Shown here piece by piece: positions 11,179-22,317 of a DNA stretch of 64,000 nucleotides. The stretch is from Yuukianura sp. NJ FZ-2021 (lineage: Eukaryota). Where the stretch lies: the NCBI GenBank assembly GCA_046563655.1, contig CM102286.1, forward strand, positions 2,542,001 through 2,606,000, in the 5' to 3' direction. The notes below the pieces were generated by a model, which was not told the origin of the DNA, ran no database searches, and saw only the letters and a program-made list of their open reading frames with translations. Each line of letters starts with the position of its first letter. The first letter of the stretch is position 1. Made by a program: the position numbers and the translations under genes.

Positions 11179-14100
11179 ATGAAGCAGTTTAGTAAATTCA
11201 AGCAATTTGCCGACAAGGCCTTCGTTCGGTAAGGAAAAATACTTTGGTAATTCCTATTGTTTTAACAAAGTATTTTATTGATGTATTCATTGTCATTTCG
11301 CAGTCCGGATCGTACTGAGGTGATGTCAGAAGACCTGCTTTATGCGGAAAAGCACATAGAGTTAATGAAGCTCACCTGTGAAACTACAGTAAAGAAACTG
11401 GGTGCTTTTATACAAGTTTCTGGACAAGCCAAAGAGGGTGCCACCATTGCCAGAAGAATAGTAAGTTCCGCTTTTACGATAGTTTCCGGTCAATTCTATT
11501 ACAGTACTTATTTTGGATTTTGTGTTTAGAAAAAAGTGCCAGAATGGGTGCTGGGATCAAGTTTAGACGAGCTAGGGAAAAAGTACGACGAGGGTTCCGT
11601 CCTCGGGTAATTCATTTTTTATTTTATTTCAAATCGCAGTAGTCACAGTATTAGTATTATTATTCTTCAATTGTTTCTCCAGCACAATTTTGACTGAAGC
11701 TGGAAAAATAGAAATGACAATTGGGTCTCAGATGACTGCTTTAGAAGGGAAAGTGGAGCCGATTATTGCAGACATTCAAAAGTTGGTGGATAATGATTTC
11801 CCTAGCATTTACAAGCAAAGACGAAACTTAGCAAAACTATCTGAAAATATGGATACGGCGAAGAACAAATTACAGCAAGCGAATCGTCATTCAGTGTCTA
11901 CTGCGGCTGGCGGTGGAAGGATTGACAACTTCAAGGACGAATTGGACGAGTCTCAAGTGAAGGTGGAGCAGTGCAGGGTGAGTACTGAAGTTGAAGTGAA
12001 TTTAGTTAATTACTGATCGTAAGTCATCTTCTTCTCATTTTTTAGGACAATCTAGCGTCAGAAATGTATCAACTACTATCGAAGCAGACGGATATTGCAC
12101 AATCAATAGTCCAATTTCTCAAATATCAGCAAGAGTACCATCAATACATATCCAATACATTGAGCGATCTACTACCGGAAGTTGAAGCTGCCTTGGCCAC
12201 TTCTACTCATAAGCCTGTTTATGGCACTGACCTCAACGAGCATTTAGTTACAAGTGGAAGAACCATTGCCTACCCGCTGGAATTTTGTGTGTGCTGCCTC
12301 CTCGAAACTGGACTTAAGGAAGAAGGCCTATTTCGTATCGCTGGAAGTGAGCTTGTTATCGCTAAATTGTTTTCGAATTGCATTTTGAGTTCATATTTTT
12401 TTCTTAGGTGCTTCTAAAGTGAAAAAGTTAAAGTCGGCCTTCAATGCCTGGGTCCTTGATTCTGATCTGAAGGGACTCATGGCCGAGTTCAATGATCCCC
12501 ATGTCATTGCAAACGCACTTAAGTGTTACCTTCGAGAGTTACCGAATCCTTTGCTAACGACAGAGCTGTACAACGATTGGATTAATGCCATCCGAGTACA
12601 AGACAATCCAGAGAAGTTACAGGCCCTGTGGAACGTTGTCCAGAAACTACCGGAAGGTAATCGAGAGAACCTGCGATATCTCATTAAATTCTTGCGAAAA
12701 CTATCGGATCATCAGGACGTGAATAAGATGAGTGCGGCAAATATTGCAATCGTGCTGGGTCCTAATCTTCTGAGCAGTCCACAAGCCTCGGATGAAATAT
12801 CAGCTGATTCGACACCAATGGGACTCAACATGGCAATGACTCACTGGTTCAGTTCTATTGTTGAACAACTTGTCACGTATGCTGACTGGTTCTTTCCTGG
12901 AGGTATCACATTACTTTACTTGCAACTTTTCGAAAAATTGTATAGTACAAGCGATGATGTGCTCGTGATTTTTAGATTTCGAATTCTACGTCACCTGCGA
13001 AAAACCGGAACCGGAGTGGGTGTCGGTGAATCTAAGACATTTGACCGGTCATCAATCTGGATCAACACAAGGTCCTCTTCCCAATGGAAGCAGTACCGAA
13101 GACATTTTAGATGACAATCAAGCATTGAAACGATCACAATCAAGTAGTAGCCTGGATGAAAACTCAGGTCAAAACGGAAGTCCAAAACCCGTAATTCGAC
13201 GTAAAGTGAAGCATGCACCGCTGCCTCCAACCAATCCATTACCGAAAACAACCGAAACGAAACCCAGTGATACACCAAAACCCGAAACAAAGTCAATTCC
13301 ACGAGACACGCCTAAACAGACTCAACAGTCACAACAACATCCTCAACGTCCACCGCCAATTGATCCTAACAAACCATTCGCTGTCACGAAGAGAGAAGGC
13401 ATGTGGATCCCGCCCAGCCCAAGTCAGATGAACAACAATCGCTTGTCAAGTGTACCCCAACAAGGTCACATTTTCACGGCGCCTCAGCCAGTTGCAAATC
13501 CAGTGGCTCCTAAAGCTGTTCCGCCTAAACCGCCACAACCGAGTTTCATAAAAGAAAAAACCGGAAGTACGGAACCAAGTTTCCTCAAAGATAAAACCGG
13601 AAGTACGGAACCGAATTTCCTCAAAGATAAAACCGGAAGTACGGAAGTTTCGAATACTGTGAGCTCCACACTCCGCCACAAGTCGTCATTTCGTACTCCA
13701 AGTAAGTTGGACTCAAAGGAGGAAACTGGAGCCAGTGCTACTTCGTACGCAAGTTTACCAAGGCGGTTCCATTCTGAAAATTCTTACCGGAACTCGTCAA
13801 CACCAAAAGTAATGGATATTTTCCCGATCAAGGCTGAAGGTGTGACAGACGCTCCGAAAATGACGGAACCTCCGAAGTTGCCGGAACCAGTGAAGGAAAT
13901 TAAAAGCGATTCACCACCAGGAAAAGACTCTAGAAAAAGTTCAGCCCAACAAGTTCCAGAAGCAGTCACTACGCCTGTTACCAAATCGCTTGAGCAGGTC
14001 AAGGAAATCGCTGGAGCTACTTTGCATATTGGGTTTGAGAAGATCGCTTCTGAAGTAGTGAGCGAATCAAAAGTGGAAACAATAAAACCGGATACTGTAC

Positions 14101-14751
14101 TAGGAGGGGCTGGAAAAGGAGATGCTGCCACTGAATCTGCAACTGCCAGCAGTCCAGTTGAGTCCAAATCACCAATACCAAGCAGAGTTCCGTCGGCAGA
14201 TTCTTCCAGACCCGTTCCAGCACCAAGGTCAAGTTTACATAAGGACGGAATGGAACCTGTTAGCCCAGTAGCCAAATCTGTGCCTGGCATGCCCAAAGAA
14301 CGACCTTCTGTGAAAGCAAAACCGCGGGATTTGGGCAAAAGAACTCACGGAGAACACTCATTTCCTACGCATTGTCGTAATAGTAGTGGAAGCGGACAGG
14401 AGTCGGAAAGTGACGTCCTTGGTGACGGAAAAGCTTCCACTCCGACATCTCAACCAACAAGTAGAACACATTCGAGAATTGGTTCTGCCGGGGAGGACGT
14501 GAAGGTCAGTGATGTGATTTTAAACGAACAAGAACGAGGCTCTATTCCTGCTGGAGAAGACGACCTTCGGGATACTCATGGTAATGGCAAGCTTTTAGAA
14601 ACCACAATTAAGAAAATTTAACTACAATTAATCAAAATTTTTGAACTTTTAAGGTTCTAACACGGGAAGAATGCCACTTCGTCCACCACGTCCTAACCCA
14701 CCAGCTCCACCTAAAGGAAAATCACCAAGAGACAGCAGTACTGACTTTTGA
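11179..14751 (+). CDS. BAR-domain RhoGAP of the RICH/Nadrin family (ARHGAP17/44; RhoGAP92B-like)
   Basis: N-terminus MKQFSKFKQFADKAFVR...TEVMSEDL; helical BAR region; RhoGAP motifs PVYGTDLNEHL, GLKEEGLFRIAG, ALKCYLRELPNPL, NKMSAANIAIVLGPNLL; long Pro/Ser-rich tail. Last exon 14654-14751 ends ...PRDSSTDF*. Confidence 0.9.
13539..13646 (+). repeat. 36-bp coding tandem repeat x3 (P[S/N]F[I/L]K[E/D]KTGSTE)
   Basis: Three consecutive copies of cc(g/a)a(g/a)tttc(a/c)t(a/c)aaaga(a/t)aaaaccggaagtacggaa inside the RhoGAP tail. Confidence 0.9.
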
Positions 14752-15659
14752 AAACTCCTAGGCGTTCCGCTGATATTGAAAATCAATCGACTAAATCTTC
14801 CACTTTTCCAGATGGACTTTGGAGACTGTGATTTTAATAAGGAGTTGGAACAGTTTTTTAAATATCCCAGGAGCAGTTGAATCTAGTTGAGCATTTATTC
14901 CTGGATTTGAAGTGATTGATTAGTACTACGTAAAAATCAGACGTTATTAGCATTTTTCCGGTAACTGCATTTGCTTCCAGGTCTTTGGGTTTCTTTTTCC
15001 GTTGTAGTAATCAAAATAACGTTATTCCAAAGCTTTAGGCTTCATATGCTCCTTCTGTAAGTTCTATTGCGTCCTTTTAGTATTTTGCCAGACTGATCAT
15101 GATCTAGCTACTAACTAATTTGTGAGGAGTCACCAATTAATGCTGCTCTCCTTCCTAAGTACACGATTTGCCTTAATACTAAATTGGTTCTTGCAAAAGA
15201 TAGGGTTTTAGGTATGAAAAATTTCAATTTCGTCAAACCAAGTACCAAAAAGCAACCTAATGAAACTATTTTTAATGTTTATAAGGGAGATTAATAAATT
15301 AAGACAATTATGAACTAAATTTACTGAATCGGATAAGAAATGTCGGAAACGGCAAAACTTTTGGTGAATTCGTTAAGAATTACCCATCGTATTTAACTTT
15401 CCGGAAGTTTAAAATTTGGAACTTCAAGCAGTACCATCGCGTTACCACCAATTTGCCAGAATAATACGCTTTAATTTGTATTTTTAGATATGCTCCGCCC
15501 CTGATGCCGAGAATGACAAGCTTTTGTGATAACTTTGCAGTTTGTTCCAAGAATAAAATTAACCGTTAGCTTTTTACAGTTTCAAATTGGAACTTTCAAT
15601 GTCGGATTGCTTTGGTTTACCGTGGATTCCAAAAATTTTAAAACAACAAAATTTCGAAA

Positions 15660-16830
15660 ATGAAGTGCACTTTGGCTGGATTTTTGTTGTTGAATTTCAT
15701 CAGAATTTATTTCGCCGGTACGTAAAAAAACAAGTTTTTTTTTATTTCGGACTGAATTGATGTATTTTTTTCCTGTTTTAGGAACAATTCGAGAAGGCAA
15801 AATAATCGGAGGTCAAAGTGCAGGACCGTCACAGTTCCCATGGGTGGTTGAAATTCGTACAGTGAGATCCTTATTGGACTTGAACAGTCGGAAGTGGTGC
15901 GCAGGCTCCATTGTAAGCGTCAATTGGATAATAACTGCTGCCCATTGTGCATCGCTGCAGCCAAGTCGCTACCTAGTTCTGGGTGGATCCAACGACGCTT
16001 TACTACCGCTGTTGAGTACGCTCCAGCATCGAACAGTGACAACAGTTAAAATTCATCCCAATTACAATGCGTAAGAATATAAAACAAACGTTTATCACAA
16101 ACTTTTTCAAAAAAAAAATGAAAATTTGAATTGTGGTTCTTTATTTTTGACAATAGAAGGACCAGAGAGAACGACATTGCGTTGATGCGTGTAATTCCGC
16201 CGTTTGTGTTTGACAATTCGACGGTCCGAAGTATACCGTATGCACACTTTAACTTTTTACTCAACGGTGAGAATGTGAATTTTTTATTTTTGAAATTTTT
16301 TGATGGCGATTTTTTTTATAAATTAGGAACAGCTACTATTGCTGGATGGGGTGCTCGAGATGATGCTGACGAGAGGGGTCCACGATACCTTCAGTACGGT
16401 AGCGTCAAGCTGCTCCAAAATTCGGTTTGTCAAGCAGCGCGTAACGACACGACAATTTTGCCTAGTCAAATTTGTGGAACTGGAACAAGCAGTATGCCGG
16501 TAAACTCAAACTAAAAGAAATTCCAGAAACTTAACTTTTCAGTACTCAAAATGAAAAAAAAAATGTGTGTTTAGTGCAACGGAGATGACGGTGGTCCAGT
16601 GATGAGCAATCGAAACGGTATACAAATCTTGGTGGGTATAATCTCCGAAACTGGTGGAGGATGTGCCCGTGGATTGCCACCTAAAATATGTAGGTTTACG
16701 AATTTTAGTTCTTCCCATCTGTCAAATGCATGCGGTTTACGTACAGATAGTATCTAAAAATATTTGTTTTGTAACAGTTACAAGAACAACAATTTTCTAC
16801 GACTGGATCCAAGTGGTTACAACGATCTAA
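15660..16830 (+). CDS. Trypsin-family serine protease homolog (catalytic Ser replaced by Asp)
   Basis: Signal-peptide exon MKCTLAGFLLLNFIRIYFA (15660-15717); activation site GK|IIGG; TAAHC; ENDIALM; IAGWG; CNGDDGGP in place of GDSGGP; last exon FTRTTIFYDWIQVVTTI* (stop 16828-16830). Confidence 0.88.
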
Positions 16831-17175
16831 CTCAAACAGGGGTTACGGGAATTGGGTGATTTTAAGCCCACTATGTGCATTAACGCCTACATTTTTGAAA
16901 TTCAGCAACTCACGACACGTTGGGAATGTTCCCTGGTCAGTCCATACTTTTTTTTTACTACTGCCGACATATTTCAATACCCTTATACCGACTATGCATA
17001 AGAAGTTTTATACATAAGCTTATTGCATGCTATTTTGCATTTACTAATCTAACAGAGAGACAATGGCGAAAAAAGTCTAAATTCGAGCGGGAGATTAAAG
17101 AATACTTTGTACTATACAGTACAAAGTACTAGTAAAAGTAGTACTAGTACAAATACAATTTTTCCCAATTTACGT

Positions 17176-18584
17176 TTATCTAAAAGTAAGGAGAAGGTTG
17201 ATGACGGTTTCTAACACAATTTTTCCAAAAATGGTTAAAATGTATTCGTTGGAATCAAACATAAAATGTTCTCCCACATGCATACTTATCGGTTTCGTAG
17301 ACGTCCAAAACCTGTAGTTGTATTTCCCGCACTGAAGACATTTTCCAACCCTAACAGTATCAATTGAGTTAAGATGGCAGCGGACAGACAAAATGATAAA
17401 TTTTTCCAAAACGTAGCTAATAAATGAGCATATAACAATAAAGAATAATATGAACAAAAGGAGCCCTTGAGTTGCAAATTTGAGAGTAGCGTAGGTGTAG
17501 AACACGAGTACACAAATAGCCATGTAGATCGCAAATTCGAGCATTCCGCTAAAAATGCTATTGACAAAGGCATTTATACCTTGGTGACATCTATACACGA
17601 ATTGCAGTTTTTCCAAGTTTTGTCCAGACGTACCCAGTGAATACCTAGCGTTTCAAAAAATAAATTATGGTAAGTGTATAGCATTTGCTAGATAGATCCA
17701 ATCCAATACACAGTGTTGTGCTCAGTAAAGTGGACATTTCATGACTTACAGCATTTTTTGAAGCCATTGTCGTGTAGAATTTGCGTACATGAGGAGACAG
17801 TTCGTGAAAGATATAATAACAAAAGCACTGTGCATTCCGGCTGTAGATCCTTCAATTGCACCGACCAACATAATAGATCTTATTAAAATTGCGTTTGGGT
17901 TTTTGACTTGGAAATTTAGGAAAGCAGATTCAAGAACAAAGTAGGAGAATTGGCTTATTGGATTGTCTGTTAGGATAAATGCAAGTATGACAATGGGGCA
18001 AATACATAGTATAACGGCTTTAGCAACTACGTTTGTGAATTTTATAACAGTCTCATAGCCATCATGAATTGGTGCTTTGATGTCGACGACGTAAACAGTA
18101 TCTGCAGAATACAAATCATCGCAAAGTGAAAATTATATCGCAAAATATTATTAGATTTTTTTTCTAAACGAGATGAGATTCCCCTATTTTTGGTTAAAAA
18201 ACAAATTTCGACTTTGTTTAACTTACATAACTGTCTCCTGAAGTTTAGCAATGCTGAAAGAACGCCACATATTTCCCGCATGTACAGAAGATACCAAAGT
18301 TGAAAACTTAAAAAGAGAATGCCCATGAACAATGCTCCAACCGCAATTAGAAATAGGGCACTCCCATGCTTTTTTGTTTCGACACACCCCCATGCGTAAC
18401 ACAAAATCACAATGAAGTTGAATATTGCGCATACGACAGTGATGCCTTTTTGTAAAGTAAGTGATTTGGCCATTTTGACTTCATAGTAGCCTTTTACACT
18501 CAACATTTGGAAAGGGTAGACATGCCACTTCCAACCAAACTCAAATGTTTGTTGAATACATTCCCAACTAGATTTCGACAACAT
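17176..18584 (-). CDS. Divergent 7-TM chemoreceptor-like protein (GR/OR superfamily-like)
   Basis: Exons 18584-18227, 18101-17750 and 17644-17176 join in frame to 392 aa with multiple hydrophobic helices. C-terminus KPISMHVGEHFMF...ILTIFGKIVLETVINLLLTFR resembles the final loop/TM7 of insect chemoreceptors. Confidence 0.6.
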
Positions 18585-19096
18585 TCTCTTTATGGATCTG
18601 TATCGTATGGCCAGGTCAAAGTGCTGCGAAGAACAGAAGAAACCACAATAAGCTTAAGTTTCAACAAATTCTACCAATTTTAGTCCACTTACATTTTTAA
18701 AATGCTTTTCCGGTTGTTTTCAAAATCAATCCTATAACTTATTAACTTCTTTCTTCGTTAAACCGTGCAACCCCTCGCGACAGGCCAATCTAAATGTGGT
18801 ATTCAAAACTCAAAATACTTTTTATTATTAACAGTAACTACGCCTAGGGGTTTTTTAGTTGCATCATATAATCAATGATACTTTAAATTTCTTTCCTTTG
18901 TTCTAATTATTTATTATTACCAGTTTTGGGAAAAATTTGTGCTAAAAACGCCACAAATTTTGACCACAAAAAAGATGTTTTTTTTTTTAAATCGCCCAAA
19001 CATTTTACTTATTTAACATTAAGGGCATGGACAAATAAATATTTTGTAATAAAAGACCTGCAAATATTTTTTTCATTAACATTACTGGGATTGGGA

Positions 19097-20461
19097 CTAA
19101 ATATTTTTGACATCCCTGATTATTATTACCCATACAAGTTGAGCCCATTTTAAAATTCTCAGGTTGCCCCATTCCAAAACGAAAAAGAAAAGCGACACAA
19201 GTGACAAGGTCATATAAAGGACAAACGTTCCCCGGAAATGGCCCATGGACAAGACAACAATTTCAGTCTGAATTAACCTTGGCCTTCTCCCTACCGTTTT
19301 CAAAGTTTCTTGGCGCTCTTGCAAATAAAAATTTTCAATCCACTTTGAAATTAAGCCCGACTCAAAGTATGAATCCGATATGAAATTAAACGGTTCAACG
19401 AGGTCTGAACCTGGCTTAAACGCAAAAGCCATGATTCCCCAGTGGAGTGGCTGCGGCAACTGATAGTAACCGACTCCCGGGTACCGAACCGAAAAATTGC
19501 TTCTGAGGAACGAATCTGCTGCAATGTCGGATGTGAGACAGGCCACTTTTGGCTCCAAGATGGCTTCCGTAACGCACTTTGAAATTGTCGAATCTTGTAG
19601 CCTGTCTCGGATAGACCGAACTGCTGGAGATGAATTGTTGCCCTTAAAAAAATGAAGAATAGCTCCACCGCGGTGATTCAAGTTCAGACGGTAGTCGGTT
19701 GCAGCAAGGTCATTCAATGACCTTGGAATGTACCCCTCTTGTCCAGGACCCGTAAGGGATGCCATTAAATGACTTTTGTAGCCAGCCGAAATTACCAGCA
19801 CAAAAAGTAGCCAACCTGTCACCAACAGTCGAATTTTGACTAAATTCGGTACCGTAATTGATTGGTCCATAAGTACAGCAAAGACGTGTAAAGCCGAGGT
19901 CACACCAGTTTGTCTGTGAGCATATACAAAGTAGAACGTCAAAATTGTTGAAACAAATGACAATAACGTTAAGATCCAAACGTCCATTGCGTATGAGGCC
20001 AAGATAGAACTGGATTTGACGATGGGACGTGACGTCCAGAAGAAAATTTGCGCGTAGGATAGCAAGCGTGAAAATTCTACTGCCTTGTTTCTTTCGTAAG
20101 TTCGCGCCACGAGACACATTTCGGCGTCACCGTGAACAACATTACCGATAGTTCCAATCCAAGTTCCATTTGGCAGTTGATTTCCCGCTCCTACCGGATT
20201 TACCAAAATCGAGTACGAGAAATTCATTACTCTGGAAGAGTGGTCCAAGATTTCTATTGCAGGACCGTGAAACTTTTGAGTTTGAGCTCCAGTTTTTAAA
20301 GTGTCGTACAATGGAGTAAGTAACGGCAAAATGGAAAGTCGTATAGCTCGAGAATTTAAAATTTCTCGAGCAGTTTTTGAAAAATTTTCGTCGACTTTTT
20401 TACTTTCACAATAAGAAATGAAAATAAATAAAGTAAAAAACTTCTTATTGAAACTCATCAT
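19097..20461 (-). CDS. Divergent ionotropic receptor (IR, iGluR superfamily), intronless
   Basis: Signal peptide; S1 region NGTWIGTIGNVVHGDAEM...ERNKAVEFS; M1; M3-like IRLLVTGWLLFVLVISAGYKSHLMASLT; S2 FESGLISKW; M4 VLSMGHFRGTFVLY. Confidence 0.88.
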   Translation of the reverse strand: MMSFNKKFFTLFIFISYCESKKVDENFSKTAREILNSRAIRLSILPLLTPLYDTLKTGAQTQKFHGPAIEILDHSSRVMNFSYSILVNPVGAGNQLPNGTWIGTIGNVVHGDAEMCLVARTYERNKAVEFSRLLSYAQIFFWTSRPIVKSSSILASYAMDVWILTLLSFVSTILTFYFVYAHRQTGVTSALHVFAVLMDQSITVPNLVKIRLLVTGWLLFVLVISAGYKSHLMASLTGPGQEGYIPRSLNDLAATDYRLNLNHRGGAILHFFKGNNSSPAVRSIRDRLQDSTISKCVTEAILEPKVACLTSDIAADSFLRSNFSVRYPGVGYYQLPQPLHWGIMAFAFKPGSDLVEPFNFISDSYFESGLISKWIENFYLQERQETLKTVGRRPRLIQTEIVVLSMGHFRGTFVLYMTLSLVSLFFFVLEWGNLRILKWAQLVWVIIIRDVKNI

Positions 20462-21268
20462 TTCGAATCAGTATTAACGTTACCTCGAAAATCGTATTCT
20501 TAAGTATACTAAGCTAAAGAATCCAGTTCAATAAAATAAGTTTTCGTGCACTTCAATGTCAAGGAAGGGTGGAGTGAGTGACATTTGACAGTGACTTATT
20601 AGCGTACAAATGGTAGCAGCGTTGTCCCCAGTCCGCCCCTCATTAGTTTTCCAAGTTCGACAATATATTTCAGTTACAACTAAACAGATACCCGTGTCTG
20701 ATATTGACACATCGACATCACGCTACAATTAATTACAACCATAGGTCATTCATGAGTAAATCGAAGAAGCTAGGAGATTTTTGACAACTTGTTAAAAATC
20801 TATAGCGTCTTCGATTGGCTCAAAATGTGGTTGAACCTAATTAATTGTATCGTGATGTATCAGCATCACGTGTATCTTTCTAGTACGTAGTAAAATCAAA
20901 ATTTTACATAATACACACATAATTAGAGGACGGCACACGATACCATGGAATTTTTCAACAACTTACTATCTACATTTAAGCTACGCTGATTATTACTGTT
21001 TGAAAATGAAATTTGTAAGTATTTCCAACAATGGAAGTTTTTGTACTAAACAAATTACCACTTTTAACCTTCAAATTTTAATTTCCAGCACCTTGCATCG
21101 CATTGTAGTTATAATTTGTATAGTTGGAAAAGTGAAATCAGAAGTTTAGAAATGGGAAAACTGGTGACACAGCAATTATTTATGGCCGTATTTTAAACTG
21201 CTGCTGGTGTTCGTAATAATAACTGTGAGTTACGAGCTTTGCGCATAAGCAGTGCCTGGTTTGAAGTG

Positions 21269-21779
21269 ATGGTAGCTGTAAAACGATCTTTTGACGGTAT
21301 TGGGCCAATCCTGGTTCTGCTTTTCATGTCGACGATGCATTCCGGTGCAATACCTCCGCCGGTTGCTGAAACTAACGCAACTGCAACGGTTGCTGAAACT
21401 AACGCAACTGCAACGTCGGCAACAAAGTCAGAACGTCGTATCATCAATTGCTCCGAAGCACGAGAGTGCAAAGCTGCCTGCGGTGCGTCTGCGTCTGACA
21501 CAAGGTGTGACCCTTCCGGAGCATGCGTTTGCCTTAACGAATACGTAAGTGTGGTCTTTAGATGTAGCTACGTTGAATAGGATTTAAAAAATACGTTTAC
21601 AAAACGCACATCGAATGTTCGATTTACAACAGGGCCCCTCCAGAAGATGTCGCAATCTCCAACAAGACGAGGATTACGACACCACTGAGCAAGACTGTAC
21701 TACATACTGTAAACGAAAAATTGCACAGGCCTGTTTCACAGATTTTGGGCTATTTTGCTCATGTTTCGTTCGTAATTAA
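21269..21779 (+). CDS. Secreted precursor with two cysteine-stabilised αβ (defensin/short-toxin-like) domains
   Basis: Exons 21269-21544 and 21633-21779. Hydrophobic leader, VAETNATAT x2 propiece, then RR-IINCSEARECKAACGASASDTRCDPSGACVC and RR-CRNLQQDEDYDTTEQDCTTYCKRKIAQACFTDFGLFCSCFVRN*, each with C..CxxxC..C..CxC. Confidence 0.7.
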
Positions 21780-22317
21780 CCAATTTGGAACTAAACTTAA
21801 CTAACCTACATCTAATTCCTGTTTGTTCTATTTCTTAATAATAATTTCAATTGGAATTAATGGAAAGTGGTGGTGACTGCCCAATGCTAAGTGTGGTGAA
21901 GGTGGTAGATTGATACCGTAAAGAGGAATCAACAAATACCGTGAATAATAACCCCAGGTCAACTCAAGCCAATTGCTAATGGCTCATGTTATCTCACTTC
22001 AATGAGGTTAACTTACTTTAGTTGACATAATTTATGTGATGTCAGTTTAGATGACCTTTCGCACAAACCAATTTTAGTTGCTATTTATTTTCGAACAATG
22101 TTCGATATAAGCCCGCTAGCAGTTTGAGAAATTTTACGGTAATCTTATTACAAAGGAGGAATTTTATACGGCGTGGTATGGTCCTGTCACTTGTCATCGG
22201 TGCATCTTCCACAACAACATACTTTACATTACAGCTGATGCTTAAGAATTGGTGCACTTCGTCAACTTAGGGTGTCCGATTAATTGACAATTGGTTCGGT
22301 GATTCTGGAATCTTAGA

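Noticed and set aside
13784..14338. Long antisense ORFs overlapping RhoGAP (also over ATF6, ZAD and semaphorin exons)
   Set aside because: Shadow ORFs of real coding exons with no independent motifs.
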